The notes beneath the pieces were generated by a model, which was not told the DNA's origin, made no database searches, and saw only the letters and a program-made list of their open reading frames with translations. 64,000 nt of DNA, taken from positions 32,001-96,000 of the IMG/VR virus record IMGVR_UViG_3300049595_001870, one strand, 5' to 3'. A program made the position numbers and the translations under genes. The stretch is from a virus. Shown here one piece after another: positions 1 to 8,319 of the stretch. Within the stretch, counting starts at the first letter, position 1. Every line of letters begins with the position of its first letter.

Positions 1-1143
1 CAAAACGGCTACCGCGTCGGCCCGCGTGTCTTCGACAACCAGGGATGGCGGCGCAGCGTAATCGCCTCCGGCAATGATCGTTACACCGGTCACGGCGCCA
101 GACGAAATCGTTGCCGAGGCCAGCCCGCCAAAGCCACTTGCGTCCGGCAAGGCTGGCCGAAAGGTCAACACTGGCGGCGTTGCATGCGACGTACCGCCGG
201 AGATCACCGTTGCGCCAGTGACGGTATAGCGCAGCGAGACGGCCAGAGATGCCCCGGAGCCATCGCCGCCGACAATGGAAGCCGTAACGCCTGTCGTAGT
301 GGCGCCAGTGCCGGCCGCCAGAACCTGGATGGCAGAGATCCTCCCCTGCTCATCTACTAGCGGAACGGCGTAAGCATTCGTCAGGCCTTGTGCCGTGCTG
401 AAGACGACGGTTGGGGATTTGGTTTCGTCGGAAACGTATCCCGCTCCGCCGCTGACAATCGAAACCGAATCCACTTTGCCGGAAACAGACAGGCCGAAGG
501 ATGGCTCGCTGGCAAAACCTCCATTAATAGTGACGCTCGGCTGCGACTTATACCCGGCGCCGGCCTCCTGAACGATCACCGCCTCCAGCCGCCCGTTACG
601 CATAACGGCTCGCCCGGTTGCGGCCTTGGTCGGCGTTCCGCCGCTGATGGTCACGCTCGGCGTGGAGTGATAGCCGATGCCGCTCCGGACGAGCTGGATG
701 GCGGCCACATGCCTGCCGGTCACCGTCGCCGCCGCCGTCACAGCCGGGGCCAAGGCGGGCTTCTGAACGCCAATGCTGATGGCCTGCGTGGCTCCGCAGT
801 CGATGCGAACCCCTCTCCCGGCACCATCGACGCCATAGACCTCGCCTGACCGCCCCTGAAAAAATGACATCGGCAGCAGGGTGCCGGAGAACACCGCCGC
901 GGTCGCCGCAGCCCCCGTTCCGCCGCCACCCGTGAAAGACACAGTCGGGGCGCTGCTGTATCCCGTCCCCTGATTGGTGATGACAATCGATTCAATCTGC
1001 GTGCCGGCCATGTGGGCGACGGCCGCTGCACCAGCGCCGCCGCCGCCGGAGAAACCGACGCTCGGCGGAGCCGTGTAGCCGGTGCCAGCGGCCGAAATGC
1101 CGGCTGCCACCACGCCACCGCTGGTCCTGGCTGCAAGCGTCAT
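1..1143 (-). CDS. Tail tubular/stabilisation-type protein, copy A (N-terminal part, runs off window)
   Basis: Not in ORF track. Manual translation from ATG at 1143 gives MTLAARTSGGVVAAG...GTGYTAPPSV...FFQGRSGEVYGVDGAGRG, collinear with 54857..57763 ([18 protein letters not shown]). Confidence 0.7.
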   Translation of the reverse strand, partial: MTLAARTSGGVVAAGISAAGTGYTAPPSVGFSGGGGAGAAAVAHMAGTQIESIVITNQGTGYSSAPTVSFTGGGGTGAAATAAVFSGTLLPMSFFQGRSGEVYGVDGAGRGVRIDCGATQAISIGVQKPALAPAVTAAATVTGRHVAAIQLVRSGIGYHSTPSVTISGGTPTKAATGRAVMRNGRLEAVIVQEAGAGYKSQPSVTINGGFASEPSFGLSVSGKVDSVSIVSGGAGYVSDETKSPTVVFSTAQGLTNAYAVPLVDEQGRISAIQVLAAGTGATTTGVTASIVGGDGSGASLAVSLRYTVTGATVISGGTSHATPPVLTFRPALPDASGFGGLASATISSGAVTGVTIIAGGDYAAPPSLVVEDTRADAVAVL

Positions 1144-1409
1144 GCTGGCCCTGTGCCTGCTCTCACAATGCCGGCCGCGTCCTGGTAAATCAGCCGCTCG
1201 CTTCCGCCGCAGGGTGCGCGGAACACACGCCTGACGGGCGATGTTCCAGCAGACAACGATGACCACGTAGCCGCCACCATGCCAGGCCGGACTGTCAGTT
1301 GGCCTGGGACGATGACCTGCACGTTGACTTGCGTCACCGCGGCACCGCTAGCAATGGCGTACGGAGAGGCGTTGGTGATCAGCCCTTGCCACTTGTCGAT
1401 GACGATCAT
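1140..1409 (-). CDS. Small conserved tail-region protein, copy A
   Basis: 89 aa; W.GL.TNASPYAI motif shared with 57763..58029; overlaps both neighbours by 4 nt. Confidence 0.6.
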   Translation of the reverse strand: MIVIDKWQGLITNASPYAIASGAAVTQVNVQVIVPGQLTVRPGMVAATWSSLSAGTSPVRRVFRAPCGGSERLIYQDAAGIVRAGTGPA

Positions 1410-2293
1410 CCTACGTCGGGCCTCAGCGGGCTGCGCCAGCCACCGTCATGCCATATCTCACGGGAACGTCCGGAAAGCGGGGCAAGCTGATCCTGTTCCA
1501 ATGCCAGCCGGAGATCACGCTGATAGAACTGGTATGCCTTGTCTTCGCCAGTCTTGCGGATTCGGGCCAGCCAATACTCAGCGGCGCTGTGCATGGCCGT
1601 GGACATGTGGGCCGGAATATCCAGGGCAGTGGCACTGTCTGGGGCCAGCGAGGAAATGTCCGTGGCGGAGCGGCGATACGTGAAGTCGATGGTTTCCTGC
1701 TTGGTCGGATAGCCGATCAGCTTAATGGCCCACCCGCCGGAGTCCGGGTCTTTGATGACCGTCCAGTGGTACGGCTCGCCAGAGGAGTTCGACACCCGTT
1801 CGATCTTCATGGCCTCGTCCGGAGTCACGTACAGGCCAGACCACCAGTTGTATTCGTCGCTCGGCTCGTCCATGTTTCGGAAGTCGGACGGCAGCGGGTA
1901 CACACTGCGGTACAGGGTGTAGGACTCGCCTGTGACATCAGCCTTCAGCTTCAGCGTTGAATCAAGGACGACCACACTCCCGGAGCTGCGGGTGGCCACG
2001 CGGCAGATTTCCTCGCCTACCTTCAGGTACGCCCCAGTAGCCGCCCATGTGGGCCACGTTCCGCCGGTCAGCGTGACGGTCACACCGCTAGAGGTGACCG
2101 TCCCGGTCGAATACGGGGCCTCCAAAATGACCCGCCCGTGGACATGGTAGTAGGACCAGTCCCGCATGGTGGTCAGCTCGTCGTAGGCCCGGATGATGGC
2201 CTGTTTAATGTCCTTCTGCTCTGCGTCCTGCGGGCCCCCGTAGGACGAGACAATGAGGTACTGGACGAGATTGGCGTAGGTGGTTGCAGGCAT
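1406..2293 (-). CDS. Head-tail adaptor / tail tubular protein A-like, copy A
   Basis: 295 aa; paralogue of 58026..59198 (GGAQDAEQ, Y.LP.DFRNMD); product inferred from position after portal and before large tail protein. Confidence 0.55.
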   Translation of the reverse strand: MPATTYANLVQYLIVSSYGGPQDAEQKDIKQAIIRAYDELTTMRDWSYYHVHGRVILEAPYSTGTVTSSGVTVTLTGGTWPTWAATGAYLKVGEEICRVATRSSGSVVVLDSTLKLKADVTGESYTLYRSVYPLPSDFRNMDEPSDEYNWWSGLYVTPDEAMKIERVSNSSGEPYHWTVIKDPDSGGWAIKLIGYPTKQETIDFTYRRSATDISSLAPDSATALDIPAHMSTAMHSAAEYWLARIRKTGEDKAYQFYQRDLRLALEQDQLAPLSGRSREIWHDGGWRSPLRPDVG

Positions 2294-2303
2294 GGCTCTA
2301 GGG

Positions 2304-2313
2304 ACTATTGCCC
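2304..2313 (-). promoter_or_regulatory. Putative phage late-promoter motif GGGCAATAGT
   Basis: Same or near-identical 10-mer upstream of virion genes at 5979, 54016, 59226 and 63672; variants at 7987 and 16856. Confidence 0.45.
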
Positions 2314-2318
2314 CAGAA

Positions 2319-2411
2319 CTAGGCCCGCAGAAACACCAGAAAACCGGCCATCATGGCGGCCAGGAAGGCGGCGGAGAGGACCATGAACAGGAGGAAATGG
2401 CGGAGGCTCAT
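2319..2411 (-). CDS. 30-aa single-pass membrane peptide
   Basis: Manual translation MSLRHFLLFMVLSAAFLAAMMAGFLVFLRA; ATGA overlap with upstream stop. Confidence 0.35.
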   Translation of the reverse strand: MSLRHFLLFMVLSAAFLAAMMAGFLVFLRA

Positions 2412-2719
2412 GGCGACGGCGCCACCGGCAGCAACGCCACCGCCTCTGCCAGCGGCACCACTTCGATCTCGTCAAACCGGGCCGCGTCCAAATGGCGGAA
2501 CCCACCGCAGACCAGCCCGCCCGGCAGGCACTCAGTCAGGATGTCGGCAGTGAGCATGAATCGCCCGTCTGTCAGGCTGCGTGGGCTTGGCACATGGCGC
2601 GGGTCGCCATGCTCGGCCTGTACGTCCGCAAGCCGCTGGGCCAGGGCAGCGTCGAACAGGAGAGCGTGAGCCACGCCCCATTCATAGGACACCGGAAGAG
2701 TCAGGTCGGAGAGCGTCAT
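2408..2719 (-). CDS. Hypothetical protein, possibly fibre-associated
   Basis: 103 aa, translationally coupled directly behind the lectin-fold protein. Confidence 0.5.
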   Translation of the reverse strand: MTLSDLTLPVSYEWGVAHALLFDAALAQRLADVQAEHGDPRHVPSPRSLTDGRFMLTADILTECLPGGLVCGGFRHLDAARFDEIEVVPLAEAVALLPVAPSP

Positions 2720-4200
2720 ATGGCTGCCTGTATTGCGGCGATGAGCGCATCGACCCGCGTCCGCAGCAACGCAAGGTCTAGCGACTCGCCTATCGAATAG
2801 AACGCTAGGCGTGCGTTGGTGCGCCCGGCCGTCTCAAAGACGCGGAAGTTTGCGTTGGCTGGCGTCTGACTAGCAACCGTCGCCGTGTAGTTGTTGGCAC
2901 CGATGCGATAGCCGTAAGAAGAGGACGACGAGCGAGACGCGCCCAGAAAAACTGCGCCGGTGTTGATGCTCAACGCCTGGGTGTCGGCGGTTGCCGTGTT
3001 GTGACGGAAATAGAACGCCCCGAAGCCAGAGTAGATGTGCGAGTGACCCGTGCCTGTGTCGTTGCTTCCGATCAGGCCGGAGTCATTCGTTGCTGCCACC
3101 GACCTGTAAACCGAAAAATGCTTGTTGTCTTGCGGATCAGCATTGTTGTTTCGCCCGGTGTCCAGCCACTTGGTTGATCCGTTGCCCACTAGCCCCGTTC
3201 TCCGGTCGTAGTCGCCCGCAACAAACGGCCCGTTGTTGGTCGGAGCCGCACCCTTTAGTGGCACCAATGCACCGGCAAGCGTGTCGGCTCCGGCCAAGAG
3301 AACCACCGACTTCATCGCGTCCCAGATGCCGTCAGCTTGGCAGCCAGCCACAAACGCGTTAACAGCGTTGGCGACCGGCTGAGACACCGTAGAGCCAGCG
3401 GCATAGACGCGGTTCACCCAGTCTTGGGCGTCGGCGTTGCTGACAGACGGCACCTGCGTGACGGCGATGCCCCACTTGCGGCCTAGGTAAAGTTCCACGG
3501 CGTTGCGCTCTGCCGACGTTAGGGCGCGGCTGTAGCACAAGATTTCACCGATCCAGCCTTGAAACTGAAACAGCGTGGATGAGTAGTAGCCGATACGCTT
3601 AATAGTCACTGACGCACTGGTTGTGAAGGACGCCTCGCTATTTACGCCGCTGATGCGTGCCGTGCCGTCAATGAAAACAAAACCACCGGAAGCCGCCGAT
3701 CTGACTACCGAACAGACAGCAGGCCCGAGAAGAGCCGAGGGTGAAACTGCATATACTGGCCTCAAACGGCCTACACCCTCCGTGAAACTGCCGAAGCAAG
3801 CTTCAAGAAACTTTGCTGCACCCTTAGTTGCGCTCATCCCCAGACCGTCGCCAGCATCGCTCAGAAACGAACGCTGCCCGGATTGATCTGCCGTCTGAGC
3901 AACAGCGCAGATCCACGTCTCATCCGTTCGCGCCGTGCCCGTAAAGTCCAAGCCGTCGTTAGTGCCGTCGAACAACAAAGCCGTCTTGCCGTTCACTGTG
4001 GTGGTAACGGGCCGGTTGTTGGCCGTGGTCTGCGTGGCGGCGCTCTTGAGTCCAGCCTTGCTCGTCCACGTTTCGACGGCACCGGAGTTCAGCGTCACCG
4101 TGGCGGCGTCGTTGGCATCCCACCAGTTGGCGAGGCCGAAGATGCTGGCCGGGTTGAAGCCGGAAGCCGTGGGCCGCAACAGGCGAGGGTTCATTGCCAT
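2716..4200 (-). CDS. Putative tail fibre / receptor-binding protein with LamG/concanavalin-like domain
   Basis: Likely start MAMNPRLLRP at 4200 (track start 4467 overlaps previous gene); WWDANDA, LLFDGTNDGL and IGEILCYSRALTSAER fit lectin-fold phage proteins. Confidence 0.55.
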   Translation of the reverse strand: MAMNPRLLRPTASGFNPASIFGLANWWDANDAATVTLNSGAVETWTSKAGLKSAATQTTANNRPVTTTVNGKTALLFDGTNDGLDFTGTARTDETWICAVAQTADQSGQRSFLSDAGDGLGMSATKGAAKFLEACFGSFTEGVGRLRPVYAVSPSALLGPAVCSVVRSAASGGFVFIDGTARISGVNSEASFTTSASVTIKRIGYYSSTLFQFQGWIGEILCYSRALTSAERNAVELYLGRKWGIAVTQVPSVSNADAQDWVNRVYAAGSTVSQPVANAVNAFVAGCQADGIWDAMKSVVLLAGADTLAGALVPLKGAAPTNNGPFVAGDYDRRTGLVGNGSTKWLDTGRNNNADPQDNKHFSVYRSVAATNDSGLIGSNDTGTGHSHIYSGFGAFYFRHNTATADTQALSINTGAVFLGASRSSSSSYGYRIGANNYTATVASQTPANANFRVFETAGRTNARLAFYSIGESLDLALLRTRVDALIAAIQAAI

Positions 4201-4234
4201 CGGGCTATGTCCGTAGAGTGGTGATGTGACGCCG

Positions 4235-4831
4235 TTACGGGCAGGACGGCGGCGGGTCGGGGACGAACGTGCCAGCCGTGCCTTCATCGTTGCAGGCAGA
4301 GCCGGTGAAGGTGGCCGTGCCGGTGACGTTGCCGTAGTTTTGCGAACTGTCGTTGAACGTCGCGTTGCCGCTGACGGTGCCATCGCTGCTGTTGGACGAA
4401 CTATCGTTGAACGTCGCGTTTCCGGTGACGGTGCCGCCGTTAGTCGAAGTGTCGTTAAACGTCGCATTGCCGGTTATCTGAGCAAAGTTGACGCTATTGT
4501 CGGTGAAAGACGTTGAACCTAAAACCGTGTACTGGCCATAGAACTCGTCACTACTGCTGACAGTCAGTGAAGCCAACACAACTGGGGATGCCGAAGTATA
4601 AACGGCACCTAGCACAACTGCGGAATCCACGGACGCCGGCAGGCGGCCGGCAGGCTCCGTCCCTGCCGCGTCCAGCCACCAGTTGCCGACCGTCGCCCAG
4701 TCGTTGTCCACGGCACCGTCGAAGTACAGCGTGGCCGCCGCCGAATACACCTGCACGGCCCCCAGATACGCCGCAACCGGCGTGCTGCCCAGGTACAGGC
4801 TCGCGTCGGTGCTTCCCAGTTTCACGCTCAT
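4235..4831 (-). CDS. Beta-solenoid-like repeat protein
   Basis: 198 aa with tandem G(N/T)ATF(N/T)(D/G)(S/T)S.N.G.V(T/S) repeats. Confidence 0.55.
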   Translation of the reverse strand: MSVKLGSTDASLYLGSTPVAAYLGAVQVYSAAATLYFDGAVDNDWATVGNWWLDAAGTEPAGRLPASVDSAVVLGAVYTSASPVVLASLTVSSSDEFYGQYTVLGSTSFTDNSVNFAQITGNATFNDTSTNGGTVTGNATFNDSSSNSSDGTVSGNATFNDSSQNYGNVTGTATFTGSACNDEGTAGTFVPDPPPSCP

Positions 4832-4849
4832 GTCGCTAGAGCCTCTCTG

Positions 4850-5113
4850 TCAGGACGTAATGATGTAGAGCGTCTCGGCGTCCGGCGTCAGCGCGTCATA
4901 CGCCGCCTGCGAGAGCGCGACGATGCGTTTGAAGCCAACGGCGCTCGGGAAGCCCTTCACAGTGGCGGCCGACTTGCAGTACAGCGTCCCATCCTGGGAG
5001 TTCACCGCCAGCTCGCCTTCGGCCAACTCATTCGCCACGGGCACTTCGGCCGCAACGACCGACTCCCGCAGCCGCACAGGGCCATTGGTTCCAGGAGCAA
5101 ACTCAAACGCCAT
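4850..5113 (-). CDS. Small tail-fibre-associated protein
   Basis: 87 aa; ELAEGELAVNSQDGTLYCK and LSQAAYDALTPDAETLYII are motifs typical of phage fibre termini. Confidence 0.5.
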   Translation of the reverse strand: MAFEFAPGTNGPVRLRESVVAAEVPVANELAEGELAVNSQDGTLYCKSAATVKGFPSAVGFKRIVALSQAAYDALTPDAETLYIITS

Positions 5114-5116
5114 TTC

Positions 5117-5446
5117 TCACCCCTTTGCCATCACGGTCATTGCACACGTTGTCCCGCCAACAACGACGGGAACCACATAGTTCACTGCGAAACAGGCGTC
5201 TGGCACGGGGATGATCCCAACCGTGACGGCGGAGGTGACGGCCGCTCCGTCCGAATAGATGGCCCGCGGAGTCACGGAAGGGTCCACGGTGCCGTGCCAG
5301 TTGATCTGCGTGCAGGAGTTGGTTGCGGCGATCATCACGCACGCACCGCCAAAACGGCCGAAAGGAATCATGCCTGCCGTTGTGGCGGCCGAGGAGTTGG
5401 CCGTAATCACCGAGCCGGGAGAAAAGTGCCGTGCAATCTCGTTCAT
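5117..5446 (-). CDS. Conserved virion-region protein, copy A
   Basis: 109 aa, clear paralogue of 60834..61160. Confidence 0.6.
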   Translation of the reverse strand: MNEIARHFSPGSVITANSSAATTAGMIPFGRFGGACVMIAATNSCTQINWHGTVDPSVTPRAIYSDGAAVTSAVTVGIIPVPDACFAVNYVVPVVVGGTTCAMTVMAKG

Positions 5447-5973
5447 AGTCTTCCCTTCACCTTGTATGCGTGCTTGTCAATGATCTTCTCTCGCAGCTCC
5501 CCGACCTTGGCGTTGGGGTTCTTGCGTTTCTCCTTGCGGAGTTCGTCGTTGATGATGCTCTCCGACAGCACCACGCGCTTCGGCGGGGCTTCGCCGGGGT
5601 CGTAGTTCACGCTTCCCGTAACGTGCAGGCGCCGCTTGCGGGCCACGCTGAGAACATCGTCGTTGCTGCTGACCCACGCTGCGGGGTCTTTCCAGCCGCG
5701 CTTGTCGGCTATCCCGGCGCAATAGTATTTCCCCGAGATGTTGATCCCTGCCTGCCGGGCCTCACGGGCGACGTACTGCGCCTGACGCTTCGGCATCTCG
5801 TCCAACTGCTCGTTGTTCTGCCGTCCCTGGAGAAACGCCCGGTCGCTGCCCTTGGTTCCAGGCGGCTGCTGAAGGGCGACCATAGCGGCCCACTTCTCCC
5901 CGTAGGGCAGGGCTTTCTCATAGCGGCTCTTGGCCCATTCGCCAGCGGCTTCGACTTCAGGAGGGTATGTCAT
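5443..5973 (-). CDS. Conserved hypothetical protein downstream of portal, copy A
   Basis: 176 aa, paralogue of 61157..61702 (PPGTKG.DRAF, AGINISGKYYC). Confidence 0.65.
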   Translation of the reverse strand: MTYPPEVEAAGEWAKSRYEKALPYGEKWAAMVALQQPPGTKGSDRAFLQGRQNNEQLDEMPKRQAQYVAREARQAGINISGKYYCAGIADKRGWKDPAAWVSSNDDVLSVARKRRLHVTGSVNYDPGEAPPKRVVLSESIINDELRKEKRKNPNAKVGELREKIIDKHAYKVKGRL

Positions 5974-5979
5974 ATACGA

Positions 5980-7971
5980 CTATTGGCCTTGGGGAGGGGC
6001 TTCGGGTGGGGCTTCAGGTGGCGGGCCGGGAGGAGGCGGCGGGGGAGGCGGGACCATGTACCGGCTGATGTCCACGTTCATCACCTCACCCCAGTCCTCC
6101 AACATGGCGTTGAAGATTTGCGGCTGACCGGCCTGCATCAGGCCCTGCGCCACGGGCATCATTATCTGCATGGCGTTGTTCATGTTCTCCACCTTGGTGG
6201 CGATATTCGGTTTGCGCGCCGAACCCGCCTCCACGCGGTAGGAGTATTCACGGACCACCGACTCAGGGTCTTCGCCCTGCACATGCAACTGCCACGCTTG
6301 GGCAGCCATCGGTCCCAGAATGGGAGCAACGTCCTGCGGGTAGACCATCCAGCGGGCGAGGAGCGCTTCCTTGCGAGCGACCTCGGACAGCGCGTCCTCC
6401 AGAATCGAAGCGTAATCGTCAGGCCGGACGCTGATCTGCTCCGACTTCACGGCGGCTTCAGCGGCACTTCTGAAACTCGCCCTGGTCATGCCGTAAATTA
6501 ACTCGGTCAAACCGACGCGGCGGTCGAACAGGTTCGTCACCTCGGCAATGATCTGGTACATGTCCTGGGTGACCCCAGGCATCTGGAAGACCGAGATCAC
6601 ATCGTTCACCGACCGCCCGACAGCCTCGGAGATTTCAACGATGTTGAACCCGCCCTCGTTCTTCTCCAGGATCTTGGCCTTGAGATCCGGGTCGGCATGC
6701 TTGGCCACACCGATGAGCGTCTGGCTGGAGGTGGCAATGCGGGTGGCGAGGAACGACATCGCCCAGTTGATGAATCGCAATTCCCCGATGCCAGGGCGGA
6801 TCAGCGAGATCGGCCAGGAGTAGCCCGGCTTGCCGTGCCACACCAGCGGCGTGAACGGCCAGCCGCTCGGCTCGGCCCAGAATGGGATCGGCCACTGGGC
6901 AGCCATGAACAGGGTAGGGGGGATGCCGGACTCATCGACCTCCTCCTGCATCATCGCCGGAGGAATGTTGAGCGGGAAATCCACACCCTCGGCAACGACG
7001 ATGTAGCAGTTGGGCCCGAGGGCGTCGAACTTGCCCCGCAGGTCTTGGCCGGCGTCCTTGAGCCTGTCGCCAAAGCCGGTCTTGGAATAAATCTCCCAGT
7101 AGACGATCAGGTCGTTCGTCTTCCCGGTCTTCTTCTCATGCTGATAGCCGCGGTCGGAGACATCGGCTTGCCGGGAGTAGGATTCGATACCGCCCTTCAG
7201 CTCTTCCCGAGACACCCCGAACTTGGCGGCCACTTCGTCGATGGGCTGGCATCGGCGGCGCGCGGCCCAGCGGATGTCCTCAAACTCGTCGGCGTCCGGA
7301 TCCCAGACAAGATTGTCGATGGTGTCGTAGAACGACCCGGCCATCTTCACCGTGCCGCCGGGAGGTGTGTACAGCTCATGCCACCACACACCCGCGCCCT
7401 TGATAAACGCCTCCTCCACCACCTTGCGTGAGTGCTGCTTGAGGTTGAGTTCGTTGGGCGTGTAGTTGAGGTAGTCCTCCAAGAGCTTGGCAACCACCTT
7501 GCGGCGCTCCAGCATCATCTGCTGCTGCTGGAGCATCTGCTGGTACTGCATCATCCCCGGATCGGGCATCATCACCGGCTGGCCGTCTGGGCCCATGACA
7601 GGCAGGCCATCCGGCCCCATCTGCGGGACTGGCGGCTGGGGGAAGATTCCCAGAAGCTGCGGGCCCAGGATGGGGTAGTCCTTGGGCGACACCGTCCGCG
7701 TCGGGTTGCGGTGGTGGATGACTGCCGTGAAGAGACGAACAGCCTCCCACACACGGTTGACCATCATGCGGAACGGGGGCGGGTCCATGCCCTTGATGTA
7801 TCCCCGCTCACCGCGAGCGTAGGAATCCTTCCACATAAAGTCGGGGTCACCGGCAAAGAACCCCATGGCTTCCGCGGCGTCCTCGGAGAAAGGCTTCTTG
7901 TACTTCTCGGCCTGCTTGATGCACTCAAGCCAGCGCTTGCAAATGGGGCGCAGCGGGTTCTCGTCAGCCAT
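5980..7971 (-). CDS. Portal protein, copy A
   Basis: 663 aa near terminase; size, helical character, Q/P-rich C-tail and DRRVGLTELIYG segment fit podoviral portals; paralogue at 61674..63656. Confidence 0.8.
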   Translation of the reverse strand: MADENPLRPICKRWLECIKQAEKYKKPFSEDAAEAMGFFAGDPDFMWKDSYARGERGYIKGMDPPPFRMMVNRVWEAVRLFTAVIHHRNPTRTVSPKDYPILGPQLLGIFPQPPVPQMGPDGLPVMGPDGQPVMMPDPGMMQYQQMLQQQQMMLERRKVVAKLLEDYLNYTPNELNLKQHSRKVVEEAFIKGAGVWWHELYTPPGGTVKMAGSFYDTIDNLVWDPDADEFEDIRWAARRRCQPIDEVAAKFGVSREELKGGIESYSRQADVSDRGYQHEKKTGKTNDLIVYWEIYSKTGFGDRLKDAGQDLRGKFDALGPNCYIVVAEGVDFPLNIPPAMMQEEVDESGIPPTLFMAAQWPIPFWAEPSGWPFTPLVWHGKPGYSWPISLIRPGIGELRFINWAMSFLATRIATSSQTLIGVAKHADPDLKAKILEKNEGGFNIVEISEAVGRSVNDVISVFQMPGVTQDMYQIIAEVTNLFDRRVGLTELIYGMTRASFRSAAEAAVKSEQISVRPDDYASILEDALSEVARKEALLARWMVYPQDVAPILGPMAAQAWQLHVQGEDPESVVREYSYRVEAGSARKPNIATKVENMNNAMQIMMPVAQGLMQAGQPQIFNAMLEDWGEVMNVDISRYMVPPPPPPPPGPPPEAPPEAPPQGQ

Positions 7972-7998
7972 GGAGTTCTCCTACCGACTAGTGTCCGG

Positions 7999-8319
7999 TC
8001 AAGCCTTTTTCGGGGCTGTAGCGGACACTTTCTTGTCCAACAGGCTGAGTTTCTCGCTCAGAATGGAGATCGTCGGATCCTTGGGCTTGTGTTCCCAGTA
8101 GCCATACCGCTTCCAATCGGGGAAGTCGTTGACCCCCGGGTCGGTCAGGTGGTGGACCGAGGGCTTCACCACGCCGCCCAGTTCGCCCGCAATCGCCCAG
8201 AGGGTGAGCGTGCGAGAGGCGACCACGGACACAATCGCCGGGACCGGGGTGGCCCCTTCATGGGCGTAGAACAGCACAATGTCGCCCAGGTCAGCCTTGG
8301 GCATGTCGTAGGAACTCAC
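7999..8319 (-). CDS. Conserved hypothetical protein between terminase and portal, copy A
   Basis: GTG start overlapping terminase stop; paralogue of 63673..63984 (DFPDWKRYGYWEHK). Confidence 0.6.
   Translation of the reverse strand: MSSYDMPKADLGDIVLFYAHEGATPVPAIVSVVASRTLTLWAIAGELGGVVKPSVHHLTDPGVNDFPDWKRYGYWEHKPKDPTISILSEKLSLLDKKVSATAPKKA

Noticed and set aside
4201-4467. Track start of the 583-aa ORF at 4467
   Set aside because: This extension is an alternate-frame read of the repeat gene 4235..4831; MAMNPRLLRP at 4200 is the plausible start
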